Source: Cyanobacteria bacterium OH_CDB_20
Lineage (GTDB): Bacteria > Cyanobacteriota > Vampirovibrionia > Gastranaerophilales > Gastranaerophilaceae
Direction of reading: 5' to 3'
DNA length: 64,000 nt
Assembly: GCA_023415935.1 (NCBI GenBank)
Contig: JAEZIX010000062.1
Location: 15,105-79,104 of the forward strand
The notes under the pieces are model-generated. The model had not been told where the DNA came from. It saw only the letters and a program-made list of their open reading frames with translations, and did no database searches. How positions within the stretch are numbered: the first letter of the stretch is position 1; the number at the start of each line of letters is the position of its first letter. Both the position numbers and the translations under genes were made by a program. Positions 48,554 through 57,940 of the stretch are shown piece by piece.

Positions 48554-49609
48554 TTGAACAAATATTATGCAAAAGAATATTACAGCGTTTTAGAAATTTC
48601 TGTCACTGCAACAGAAACAGAGATAAAGTCTGCGTTCAGGAAACTTGCTCGCAAATATCATCCTGACGTCAATAAAGACAAAGTTTGCATTGAAAAATTC
48701 AAACAGATAAAAGAAGCTTACGAAGTTTTAATAAATCCTGAACAAAGAAAAATTTATAACACTATAAAAGGCTATTCTGAGCAAAGAAGAACTTACACAC
48801 AAGGGAGCAAGCCAAATCCCGAAAGAAAATATGCGCCACCTCCTAATGTTAAAAAAGAAGAGCCGAAAGAACCTGAAAAAAATGACGGTTTTTCTAATGT
48901 TTTTGATGATTTTATAGAAGGTATTTTTAGCCCTAAAGATCAAAATAAAAAATCACAAAAATATAAGCCTGCACCGCAAAACGGGCAAGATATTACAATG
49001 CGCATAACAGTTTCATACATTGAGTCTATTAATGGAACAAACAGAAAAATTAACATTCTTCATACTGAAAAATGCAGCAATTGCCAAGGCAAAAAGTTTA
49101 TTAACGGAGCGCTTTGCAAAGTCTGTGGAGGAAAAGGCGAAGTTTCACTCCACAAAAAGTTAAATGTAAAAATTCCTCCGGGCATAATCCAGCATTCAAA
49201 AATCAGAATTGCAAATGAAGGAAACAAAGGTACAAATGGCGGAAAAAACGGCGATTTATACCTGATTGTCGAAATTGAAAACGACTCTTTATTTAAGTTT
49301 GAAGGCAACAACGTAGTTTGCGAAATCCCAGTCACGCCTTACGAGGCAGCTCTTGGAACATCTATTGAGGTTCCGACATTAGAAGGCAAAGTTACAATGA
49401 AAATTCCGCCGTTGACATCTTCGGGACAAAAGTTTAGACTAACTCAAGAAGGAATTCTTGACAGAAAAACAGGACTTAAGGGCGATCAAGTTGTTGTTAT
49501 TAAAATTGAAATGCCAAAAGGACTGTCTCTTGAAGAAATCCAGCTTTATGAGAGATTAAAATCAGTCTCAAACGAGACTCCGAGGAAAAATTTAAGGAAT
49601 GCAAAGTAG
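48554..49609 (+). CDS. DnaJ-family co-chaperone (J domain, reduced zinc finger, C-terminal substrate-binding domains)
   Basis: TTG start. J-domain HPD motif (KYHPDVNKD) is present. Only two CxxCxG units (CSNCQG, CKVCGG) are found, and there is no G/F region. Confidence 0.75.
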   Translation: MNKYYAKEYYSVLEISVTATETEIKSAFRKLARKYHPDVNKDKVCIEKFKQIKEAYEVLINPEQRKIYNTIKGYSEQRRTYTQGSKPNPERKYAPPPNVKKEEPKEPEKNDGFSNVFDDFIEGIFSPKDQNKKSQKYKPAPQNGQDITMRITVSYIESINGTNRKINILHTEKCSNCQGKKFINGALCKVCGGKGEVSLHKKLNVKIPPGIIQHSKIRIANEGNKGTNGGKNGDLYLIVEIENDSLFKFEGNNVVCEIPVTPYEAALGTSIEVPTLEGKVTMKIPPLTSSGQKFRLTQEGILDRKTGLKGDQVVVIKIEMPKGLSLEEIQLYERLKSVSNETPRKNLRNAK

Positions 49610-50285
49610 CAAAAGTTATATAAAAGAGATTTTTACTTCAATACAAGGTGAGGGGATTTTTGTCGGCTACAAACAGCTTTTTATAAGGTTTACAAAGTGC
49701 AACCTCAGCTGTGAGTATTGTGATACTGACTTCGTTCAAGACAGCCTGACAAAAAGCTATACACCACAAGAACTAATAGAAGAAATAAAAAAATACGACA
49801 CAAAAAACATCCATTCTATAAGCCTAACAGGTGGAGAGCCGCTTTTAGATTCTGATTTTTTAAAAGAGTTTTTGCCTTTAACAAAAAACAAAATATATCT
49901 TGAAACAAACGGTACACTTACAAAAGAACTTAAAAAGGTAATAAATTTTATTGATTACGTAAGCATGGATATTAAACTTGACAGCTCATCTAAGAATACT
50001 GATTTGTTTGAAGTTCACGATGAATTTACAAAAATCTGCCTAAAAAATAATAAGATTATTTTTTATAAAGTAGTTTTTGACGAAAATATAACAGATGAAG
50101 AAATCAAAAAAACAACTGAGCTTGCGCAAAAGCATAATGTAACTATAATACTTCAGCCTTTAATGCTCGGAAACAAAATAAAACCTTCATCTCAAACAAT
50201 TTTAAAAGTAACTGATAAATTTATTGAAAAGCACCAAGAAACAAGGCTTATACCGCAAGTCCATAAATTTTTGAATGTAGAGTAA
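49599..50285 (+). CDS. queE: 7-carboxy-7-deazaguanine synthase QueE (radical SAM)
   Basis: EIFTSIQGEG N-terminus, CNLSCEYCDT cluster motif and LTGGEPL. Confidence 0.85.
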   Translation: MQSSKSYIKEIFTSIQGEGIFVGYKQLFIRFTKCNLSCEYCDTDFVQDSLTKSYTPQELIEEIKKYDTKNIHSISLTGGEPLLDSDFLKEFLPLTKNKIYLETNGTLTKELKKVINFIDYVSMDIKLDSSSKNTDLFEVHDEFTKICLKNNKIIFYKVVFDENITDEEIKKTTELAQKHNVTIILQPLMLGNKIKPSSQTILKVTDKFIEKHQETRLIPQVHKFLNVE

Positions 50286-50360
50286 AATTTTTGTGTAAGA
50301 ATTGCCCTATTTTTTTGTTAATACTATAATCAAAAATGCGACTTATAATGGGAGAACACA

Positions 50361-51440
50361 TTGTCTAACATAAGCCTAATGGCAACAGCAGTAGGAAGTT
50401 TACCACACAGCAGTGTTGAAGAGGCAACTGACCTTATTTGGAACATGTTTCCGGAGTGTCCTTTTTGGCCTCAACTTGCGCAAGTTTCAAAACTGGAAGA
50501 TATGATAATTCAGTACTCTGAAGGTATGCCGGGTATATTTATCGAACCGGAAAACCAGATTTTCGGATTTAACCCAGAACTTGAAGATTTTTGCGAAAAG
50601 ATTGAAGAATTTTATACAGACTATGATGAAATAGTTGAACAAAACAATATAGATAAACTTGAGAAGTATGCAATTAATAAGCCATATTCAAACGCTTTTG
50701 AACCATTTATCGATAACATAAAAAAACATAAACCAAAATACGTAAAATCCCAAATTACAGGTCCTTTTACTTGGGGAACAAGCGTAACTGATACTGATAA
50801 AAAATGTATTTTTTATGATGAAACATACAGAGATTTGATGGTAAAACATTTGTCATTAAAAGCCCTATGGCAAATTAAAAAGATAAAAGAGGCAAGCCCT
50901 GATACAACTCCAATTATGTTTATGGACGAACCTTCTATGAGTCAATTTGGAACATCAGCGTTTTTAACAGTCCAAAGAGAAGATATTATCGAAAGTTTGA
51001 ACTCTATAGCAGACATAATAAAACAAGCAGGTGGGATTTCTGCAGTTCATTGTTGCGGAAAAGCTGACTGGAACACAATTTTAGACACAAATATTGATAT
51101 GATAAATTTTGACGCATATAATTTTTCAAAAAATATCAGTGTTTTTTCAGGAAAAATTGAAAAATTTATCAAAAATGACGGCTTAATGGCTTGGGGTATA
51201 GTCCCAACACTTGATATAGAAGGACTAGAAGCTTCTACCAGAGAAAAACTTATTGAAAGACTCGAAAAGGGCTTTGAATACCTTGTAAAAAAAGGTATTG
51301 ATAAACAAACCTTGTTAAAACAAAGTATAATAACACCGTCTTGTGGCGCGGGGTGCTTAAACGTTGAACTCGCTGTAAAAGCAATGAACTTAACAAAAGA
51401 AATATCAAAAGAATTAATAGCAAAATATGAGGTAAATTAA
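50361..51440 (+). CDS. MetE-C-terminal / URO-D-superfamily protein (cobalamin-independent methyltransferase-like)
   Basis: TTG start. SLPH, HCCG and TPSCG motifs match the His/Cys/Cys metal-site pattern of MetE-like enzymes. Confidence 0.5.
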   Translation: MSNISLMATAVGSLPHSSVEEATDLIWNMFPECPFWPQLAQVSKLEDMIIQYSEGMPGIFIEPENQIFGFNPELEDFCEKIEEFYTDYDEIVEQNNIDKLEKYAINKPYSNAFEPFIDNIKKHKPKYVKSQITGPFTWGTSVTDTDKKCIFYDETYRDLMVKHLSLKALWQIKKIKEASPDTTPIMFMDEPSMSQFGTSAFLTVQREDIIESLNSIADIIKQAGGISAVHCCGKADWNTILDTNIDMINFDAYNFSKNISVFSGKIEKFIKNDGLMAWGIVPTLDIEGLEASTREKLIERLEKGFEYLVKKGIDKQTLLKQSIITPSCGAGCLNVELAVKAMNLTKEISKELIAKYEVN

Positions 51441-51443
51441 TTA

Positions 51444-52190
51444 ATGACAATAAAAATCGCGGTTACAGGGAAAAGCGGCAATGGAAAAACCACTATCACA
51501 AAAGCTCTTTGGCAAATTTTGAGAGAAACATACCCTGAAAAATCCATTTTGCTTTTTGATAATGACTTAACAAGCGAATTGGGGCATTCTTTTGGCAAAG
51601 ACATCAGAAATACAATTTACGGTATAAGAAGCGGTAAACACGAATATAAAACAGGAATTCCTGAAGATATGAACAAACAAGAATTCGTGGAATGGGCACT
51701 TGAAGACATCTTAGAACCGCTTGATGAAACAACAGACATTATTGTTTCCTGGCTTATCGGCTCAAAAGACTGCAGATGCCCTATAACCAAGCAAATCAAC
51801 GATTCTCTTGTAAAACTTATTGAAAGATATGACTATGTAATATTTGACTGCGAATTTGACCTAAAATACCTGCATCAGCTTGTAGATATTGATATTGACG
51901 CAACATTAATCGTTGCAACTCCTTCTGAAGAAGCAATACACCTTGCAAAAAGAATAGAAGAATTCTCTTCAAAATACGCAGCAGGAGCACAAATGGGCGT
52001 TGTACTAAATAAAGTTCAAAATAATGAAATCGAGCCATTATACGAACTTTTAAGAAAATACAACCTTGAAACATTAGGCGTTATTCCATATAATAAAGAC
52101 TTGGAAGAAAACCCGATTGAAAGAACATCAGAAACTGTAACAAGCGCAATTAAAGAATTTTATTACAGGCTAAACATTCCAAGAAGCTAG
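51444..52190 (+). CDS. CooC-family P-loop NTPase (metallocentre maturation ATPase-like)
   Basis: IKIAVTGKSGNGKTT is a deviant Walker A. GSKDCRCP matches the CooC GSGCxCP metal-binding motif. Confidence 0.65.
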   Translation: MTIKIAVTGKSGNGKTTITKALWQILRETYPEKSILLFDNDLTSELGHSFGKDIRNTIYGIRSGKHEYKTGIPEDMNKQEFVEWALEDILEPLDETTDIIVSWLIGSKDCRCPITKQINDSLVKLIERYDYVIFDCEFDLKYLHQLVDIDIDATLIVATPSEEAIHLAKRIEEFSSKYAAGAQMGVVLNKVQNNEIEPLYELLRKYNLETLGVIPYNKDLEENPIERTSETVTSAIKEFYYRLNIPRS

Positions 52191-52198
52191 GAGCCATA

Positions 52199-53044
52199 AT
52201 GACAGTCATTTTAGACGGAAAAAGTCTATCAGAAAAAATATTAAAAGAGCTCAAAGAAAAAATTTCAGAACTCGACAAAAAACCTACGCTAGCGGTTGTT
52301 TTGGTAGGCAAAGATCCTGCAAGCCAAATTTATGTCAGAAATAAAAAAACCGCTGCAGAGAGAATAGGTATAAATTCTCTTGTAATTGCACTTCCAGAAG
52401 ATATTTCAGAACAAAATTTAATTGAACAAATTCATATTTTAAATGAAGATAGAAATATTGATGCAATGATTGTCCAGTTCCCGCTTCCAAAACACATTAA
52501 CGAAAAGAAAGTGGTAGAAACAATTGACCCTGTTAAAGATGTGGAGGGTTTTCACCCGATGAATATCGGCTTGAGGACTTTAGGAGCAAAAGACATTCCT
52601 ATTCCTTGTACTCCGAAAGGCATCTTAAGGATACTAAAAGAATACTCAATTTCAATTGAGGGTAAAAACGCTGTGGTTATTGGACGTTCAGATATTGTCG
52701 GCAAACCGACAGCTCAACTTCTACTTAAAGAAAACGCTACTGTAACAATAGCTCATAGCAAAACAAAAGACTTGAAAAGTCATACAAAAATGGCTGATAT
52801 AATTGTGGTTGCTATTGGAAAGCCTAATTTTTTAACTGAAGATATGATTAAAGAAGGCGTTGTGATAGTTGATGTAGGTATAAATCGTTCAGAGACAAAG
52901 CTATGCGGAGATGTCGATTTTGAGCGTGTTAAAAATAAAGCAAGTTTTATTACCCCTGTTCCAAAGGGAATAGGTCCAATGACAATAGCTATGCTTATGG
53001 AAAACACTTACGAGCTTTATTTACAGAATCAAAACTTACTTTAA
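52199..53044 (+). CDS. folD: bifunctional methylenetetrahydrofolate dehydrogenase/cyclohydrolase FolD
   Basis: VGKDPASQIYVRNK, GRSDIVGKP and VGINR motifs. Confidence 0.95.
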   Translation: MTVILDGKSLSEKILKELKEKISELDKKPTLAVVLVGKDPASQIYVRNKKTAAERIGINSLVIALPEDISEQNLIEQIHILNEDRNIDAMIVQFPLPKHINEKKVVETIDPVKDVEGFHPMNIGLRTLGAKDIPIPCTPKGILRILKEYSISIEGKNAVVIGRSDIVGKPTAQLLLKENATVTIAHSKTKDLKSHTKMADIIVVAIGKPNFLTEDMIKEGVVIVDVGINRSETKLCGDVDFERVKNKASFITPVPKGIGPMTIAMLMENTYELYLQNQNLL

Positions 53045-53142
53045 TTAACAAACTATTATTTAAAATGCCTCTTTATGGCTATATTGTTATTATCAAAAAC
53101 AATTAAAATATTTATTAGGTTAATAAGTATTGAGGTATTATA

Positions 53143-53460
53143 ATGGAAATTTCATCTGTTGGAAATGATACAAGTTCAGTAACAGCAAACATATTAAGCA
53201 CTTTGAGTTCGTCATCTGCATCAAGTTCTTCAGAATCAGGCTCAACATCATTATCGGCTCTTGAACTTCAACAAATAGTGAATAAAATTAAAAGCTCAAG
53301 CTCAAATTATTCAGTAAGCCAGATAATGGATAAATATGAAGTTTCAAGGACTGACGCGCAAAAGATTCTCGATAAAATTAAAGAATCTGAAGGCGAAGAA
53401 TCAGAAAAAGATACGAATGTCTTATTATCAAACAATTCTACAATAGAATTTAAAATCTAA
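53143..53460 (+). CDS. hypothetical Ser-rich small protein
   Basis: 105-aa ORF with a GAGGTA-type RBS region and low-complexity poly-Ser tracts. Confidence 0.35.
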   Translation: MEISSVGNDTSSVTANILSTLSSSSASSSSESGSTSLSALELQQIVNKIKSSSSNYSVSQIMDKYEVSRTDAQKILDKIKESEGEESEKDTNVLLSNNSTIEFKI

Positions 53461-53470
53461 AAATACAGAT

Positions 53471-54301
53471 TTATAAACTATTGTAGTAATTTTTCAATAA
53501 AACAGCGTCTTCTTCCATTCTTGGGCTTTCACAAACAAGAGCACCTTTGATATCAAATGCTTTAAAGGCTTTTAAAAGGTCTTTATAATTCATATCACTC
53601 TCATGAAGCATTAGGTGATGCTTTTCACCTTTTTCACCATACGCAATACCCGCTAAATGTGCATGAAAATTGTCTAATGCAATTCGACCAAGCTCTTTTC
53701 CAATCTTCTCAAATATTTTTGAGAATTCATCATATGTGTTAAAAATACCATTATGACGGGCATGAAGATGGGAAAAATCAACACAAGGAAGAACTCTATC
53801 AAATTCTTTTGATACAGCAATTACTTCATCTAAATCACCCCACTGAGTAGCTTTTCCCGTTGTCTCAGGTCTTATCCAGATATCAATACAGTCTTTATCA
53901 AGTTCTGTATAAATCTGTTCCATTGTTTTTACGACCTGATCATAGACTGATTTTTTATCTTTTCCCATATAAAAAGCAGCATGGAAAGTTATGCTGTAAC
54001 CACCCAGAGAGTGCGCCATTCTAGCAGTATCTGTTATTCTTGTTATACTCGCTTCAATTTTTTCTTCTTCTTTTGAATTTAAATTTATATAATATGGCCC
54101 ATGTGCGGTTACAACAAAATTTTTGGAAGCAATTAATTCTTTAACAAGTTTTTGATTATCAGGTGCCATTCTTACACCGTGAACAAACTCAAGTTCCATT
54201 CCATCTAGTTTAAGATTTTCTATTACTTCAAAACCTTTTTGATAACCTTGACCTTCTGCAATTATTGGTATTCCGGCTGTTAAAAAATTAAGTTTATCCA
54301 T
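53471..54301 (-). CDS. AP endonuclease family 2 (endonuclease IV-like) TIM-barrel protein
   Basis: HGPYYINL, FHAA, PETTGK, VDFSHLHAR and a HAHL...GEKHH pattern are collinear with Nfo metal-ligand motifs. Confidence 0.6.
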   Translation of the reverse strand: MDKLNFLTAGIPIIAEGQGYQKGFEVIENLKLDGMELEFVHGVRMAPDNQKLVKELIASKNFVVTAHGPYYINLNSKEEEKIEASITRITDTARMAHSLGGYSITFHAAFYMGKDKKSVYDQVVKTMEQIYTELDKDCIDIWIRPETTGKATQWGDLDEVIAVSKEFDRVLPCVDFSHLHARHNGIFNTYDEFSKIFEKIGKELGRIALDNFHAHLAGIAYGEKGEKHHLMLHESDMNYKDLLKAFKAFDIKGALVCESPRMEEDAVLLKNYYNSL

Positions 54302-55230
54302 TATTCAAACATTTCTCCTACTTTTGGCGCAAATACTCTAATAAAATCTTTTGCATCGCCAATTATATATGAACCGAGCTGTATTGTTTTTATATACAAA
54401 ATTCCATCAGAACAAGCAACACCTATTGAATCACCTAATGAAGCAATTGTTCCTGGAGGAAACTTAGTTTTTTGCTTTTTATAATATGAAGTATGGACTT
54501 TCCCAAGTTGACCTCTAAACTTCACAACTGCCGATATAAAAGGATTTAATGCTCTTATAAAGGTAGAAATTTCTTCACAAGACTTATTCCAATCAATCAC
54601 GTTGTTACAAAGCTCGGGAGAAATTGTATAAGCGTAGAAATATTCACCTTCAGGCTGTTTTTCGCGTGGGAGAGTATCGTTTTCCTCATAAAATTTCAAA
54701 ACTTGGACTAGTGCATCGCCTGCCATATAATTCAGTTTGTTAAATAGCGTTCCCATTGTTTCTTCAGGAACAACAGGGGCTTTAAATTGGGCAATCATAT
54801 CGCCTGTATCAAATCTTTCATCCATAAAATGGAACGTAACACCAGTTTCGGTTTCGCCGGCAAGAATAACGTGTGAATATGGATTTGGACCTCTATATTT
54901 TGGCAATAAAGAAGGGTGTGTATTTATAAAACCATCTTTAGTTGTTGATAAAAATTCTTTTGGAAATAGCTTGTTATAAGAACATACAACTGCAATATCT
55001 GCTTTTAAGGCTCTTACTTTTGCTAAGAAATCTATATCTTTCATCGACTTTTCATATTCAATAAGATTAAGCCCAACACCCTGAACATACTGGCAGAAAA
55101 ACGGGTATGTATTGTTTGTTTTATGAGGAGGAACAACCCCTACGATATTAAAACCTGCATTTAAAAGTTTTGAGAGGCAAATAAAAGCCATATCAGGCAT
55201 TCCTACAAACAAAATCCTTTTTTTACACAT
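54301..55230 (-). CDS. formyltransferase, Fmt/ArnA-N-like paralogue (N- and C-terminal Fmt domains)
   Basis: INTHPSLLPKYRGPNP and DTGDMI catalytic motifs are intact. The start was chosen at MCKKRILFVG. Confidence 0.75.
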   Translation of the reverse strand: MCKKRILFVGMPDMAFICLSKLLNAGFNIVGVVPPHKTNNTYPFFCQYVQGVGLNLIEYEKSMKDIDFLAKVRALKADIAVVCSYNKLFPKEFLSTTKDGFINTHPSLLPKYRGPNPYSHVILAGETETGVTFHFMDERFDTGDMIAQFKAPVVPEETMGTLFNKLNYMAGDALVQVLKFYEENDTLPREKQPEGEYFYAYTISPELCNNVIDWNKSCEEISTFIRALNPFISAVVKFRGQLGKVHTSYYKKQKTKFPPGTIASLGDSIGVACSDGILYIKTIQLGSYIIGDAKDFIRVFAPKVGEMFE

Positions 55231-55615
55231 ATTTGGCACAATAAGCTCCAATCAAAGCACCTAAAATACATAAGAAGAAACTAAGTGTAATATACAGAAT
55301 TAATTGAAAAAATTTACCGTCATTGAGTAAACACATAGCTTCAACAGAGAATGTGCTAAAAGTCGTAAAACCTCCGCAAACACCGACAGCAAGGAATAAT
55401 TTAAGCTGAATATTTAAATGAGATTTTGCAGCAAATAATGCAAACAAAAAACCAAGTATAAAACTGCCGAAAATATTTATAGCAAGAGTTGCAATAGGAA
55501 AAGTGTGGCTACAAGACTTAGTAATCAAGTTACTAATCAAATATCTTAAGGAGGAACCTATGCCTCCACCGATGAATACTGCCAACAAATTAATCATAAG
55601 TGAATAATACAACAT
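55223..55615 (-). CDS. crcB: fluoride ion channel CrcB/FluC
   Basis: About 125 aa with 4 TM helices. GGGIGSSLRY and GFCGGFTTFSTF-like (GVCGGFTTFSTF) motifs are present. Confidence 0.9.
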   Translation of the reverse strand: MLYYSLMINLLAVFIGGGIGSSLRYLISNLITKSCSHTFPIATLAINIFGSFILGFLFALFAAKSHLNIQLKLFLAVGVCGGFTTFSTFSVEAMCLLNDGKFFQLILYITLSFFLCILGALIGAYCAKYV

Positions 55616-55635
55616 TTTATAAAAAAATGAAACGA

Positions 55636-56547
55636 TTATTTTTTCAGGTGCAAAAAGGTATAATCAAGGTTTTCAAGAAGAATATTAATAAGCAATTCGG
55701 CAAAATCATTATCAACTGTTTTAGAAAAATTATTAATCTCAAAGTTACTGAACACAACTTGTTTTAATGACGATTTTTTTAAATGCTTTTTAACACCCTC
55801 ACAGTCTAAATCTTCATATAATGAAATAATGTTTTTGCCATCCCAAAAATAAATATTATTTTTTGACGAAACATCTTTATGAGAAACGATAATTGGATTA
55901 ACTTTAAGAGAAGCACATTTTTCAAGCAGCTCATCAGAAGGCACTCCGTCAATATCAAACAGGCAAATGTCAAGGTGTTCATGTAAATATTTCTGAATAA
56001 CATTGCAATTAAAATCGTCTGAGAACAAGCTATTTACAAAAGGCGAATTTAAAAGGAGATTGTAGAGTTTAGACTCTTTTTTGTCAGATAGAATTAAAAC
56101 ATTAATTTTAGAGTATAAGATATCTTCAATTACCCTAGGCAAAAGCCTTGAAGCAATTTCAAAAATTTGCTCTTTAAAACTTTCAAGAGAAATTGCATCT
56201 TCTTTCCAAAAACTTTCTTGAGTTAAAAAGTGCTCTTCATTATTCAAATGATGAATGGTCACGCCGCCGTATTTGTCATTTGAATAAAAATTGTCTTCAA
56301 TTGCACTTTTCGTATTAAACTTTGGAAGCAATGAAGGCTGAACTTTGATACAAGGAATTTTTTCAATTAATGACTTTTCCAGTGTTCCGGCATAGCTCCA
56401 AACAACTCCAAGATCATATTCATCAATGTTACCTATATATTCATCATTAAATGCTATAACCGTTTCGATGTTCTTTGATTCCAAAGACTTTTTTACAGAT
56501 TCAATATATTTATTATCTTCAAAAGTAAATATTATTACTTTTTTCAT
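55636..56547 (-). CDS. hypothetical protein with a degenerate PurN/formyltransferase-like N-domain
   Basis: IKVQPSLLPKF...GGVTIHHL is collinear with PurN LNIHPSLLPKY...HGTSVHFV. The catalytic Asn, His and Asp positions are substituted. Confidence 0.5.
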   Translation of the reverse strand: MKKVIIFTFEDNKYIESVKKSLESKNIETVIAFNDEYIGNIDEYDLGVVWSYAGTLEKSLIEKIPCIKVQPSLLPKFNTKSAIEDNFYSNDKYGGVTIHHLNNEEHFLTQESFWKEDAISLESFKEQIFEIASRLLPRVIEDILYSKINVLILSDKKESKLYNLLLNSPFVNSLFSDDFNCNVIQKYLHEHLDICLFDIDGVPSDELLEKCASLKVNPIIVSHKDVSSKNNIYFWDGKNIISLYEDLDCEGVKKHLKKSSLKQVVFSNFEINNFSKTVDNDFAELLINILLENLDYTFLHLKK

Positions 56548-56674
56548 CTGTAAAATCGCTCCAAATTAACAATAACTCAAGAAATATTATACAAAAAAAC
56601 ATTAATTTAAATTAAAAAATGTATTTTTGTTATAATTTTTGTACAATTAAATTTGGAATGCGAGGGAAGTTACA

Positions 56675-57940
56675 ATGCTAGATATTAAAATTATTAGAGA
56701 AAATCCTGAAAAAATTAATGAATTATTAAAAAGAAGAAATCCTGAATTATCAATAGATTCAGTGATTGAAATAGATGCAAAAAGAAGAAAAATTCAAACT
56801 CAAGCAGATGATCTAAGAGCAAAAAGAAAAAATATATCTCAAGAAATCGGAAACCTTAAAAAACAAGGTCAAAATACAGACGAAATTCAAGCCCAAGTAA
56901 AAGAAATGGGTGATGAGATAAAAACACTTGAAGATGAACAATTAAAACTCGATGAAGAGCAAAAAAATCTTCTACTTAGTATTCCAAATGCACCAGACGA
57001 AACAACTCCGACAGGGACATCTGAACTTGATAATATTGAAATTAAAAAATTCGGAACTCCAAGAACAGCAAACTTTGAACTAAAAGCTCACTGGGATATT
57101 TGCGCTGATAGAAATCTTGTTGACTTTGAAAGAGGCGTAAAAATCTCTCAATCAAGATTTTCACTATATAGAGGTAAAGGCGCTCAACTAGAACGTGCAA
57201 TTATAAACTTTTTCTTAGATACTCACACAAATCTTCATGGCTATGAAGAAATGCTACCTCCTGTTTTAGTCAACGCAATGGCAATGACAGGAACAGGACA
57301 ACTTCCTAAATTTAAAGAAGACATGTACAAATGCGAAGAAGAAGATTTGTACCTTATCCCTACAGCTGAAGTCCCTGTGACTAACGTTTATTCAAATGAA
57401 ATTTTAAGCGAAGATGAACTTCCAAAATATATGACTGCTTACACACCATGCTTTAGACGTGAAGCAGGTTCAGCAGGTAAAGATACAAGAGGTCTTATAA
57501 GACAGCACCAATTTAACAAAGTTGAGCTTGTTAAACTCTGTACACCTGAAACAAGTGCAGATGAGCATGAAAAATTAACAGAAAACGCTGAAAAAGTATT
57601 AGAGCTTTTGGAACTTCCTTATAGAAGAATTGCCCTTTGTACAGCAGATATCGGTTTTTCGGCTAAAAAATGTTATGACCTGGAAGTTTGGCTTCCTTCT
57701 TATAACGCTTATAAAGAAATCTCAAGTTGCTCTAACTTCGGTGATTTCCAAGCAAGAAGAGCGAATATCAGATACCGCTCAAAAGAAACAGGCAAACCTC
57801 AATTTGTTCATACTTTGAACGGCTCTGGACTTGCTGTTGGAAGAACCTTTGCAGCAATCTTAGAAAACTATCAAAACGAAGACGGAACAATATCTATTCC
57901 GAAAGTTCTACAAAAATACACAGGCTGGGATAAAATATAA
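56675..57940 (+). CDS. serS: serine--tRNA ligase
   Basis: N-terminal coiled-coil arm and class II motifs (FRREAGSAGKDTRGLIRQHQF, GSGLAVGRT). Confidence 0.97.
   Translation: MLDIKIIRENPEKINELLKRRNPELSIDSVIEIDAKRRKIQTQADDLRAKRKNISQEIGNLKKQGQNTDEIQAQVKEMGDEIKTLEDEQLKLDEEQKNLLLSIPNAPDETTPTGTSELDNIEIKKFGTPRTANFELKAHWDICADRNLVDFERGVKISQSRFSLYRGKGAQLERAIINFFLDTHTNLHGYEEMLPPVLVNAMAMTGTGQLPKFKEDMYKCEEEDLYLIPTAEVPVTNVYSNEILSEDELPKYMTAYTPCFRREAGSAGKDTRGLIRQHQFNKVELVKLCTPETSADEHEKLTENAEKVLELLELPYRRIALCTADIGFSAKKCYDLEVWLPSYNAYKEISSCSNFGDFQARRANIRYRSKETGKPQFVHTLNGSGLAVGRTFAAILENYQNEDGTISIPKVLQKYTGWDKI

Noticed and set aside
53143-53460. Ser-rich 105-aa ORF considered as a FlaG-like or secreted flagellar accessory protein
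   Set aside because: I could not find the conserved C-terminal FlaG motif. The poly-Ser low complexity gives no usable signal, so it is kept as a hypothetical CDS only.
55616-55635. Fluoride riboswitch expected upstream of crcB
   Set aside because: Only 20 nt separate crcB from the upstream ORF. The operon leader (56548..56674) shows no GC-rich pseudoknot-like crcB motif by eye. This needs an Infernal scan to exclude formally.
56548-56674. Possible T-box leader upstream of serS (likewise pheS at 14655..14763 and leuS at 18705..18768)
   Set aside because: The spacers are only 64-127 nt and AT-rich. I could not see the T-box 14-mer (AAnnnGGGTGGTACCGCG-like), a specifier stem or a terminator/antiterminator pair.
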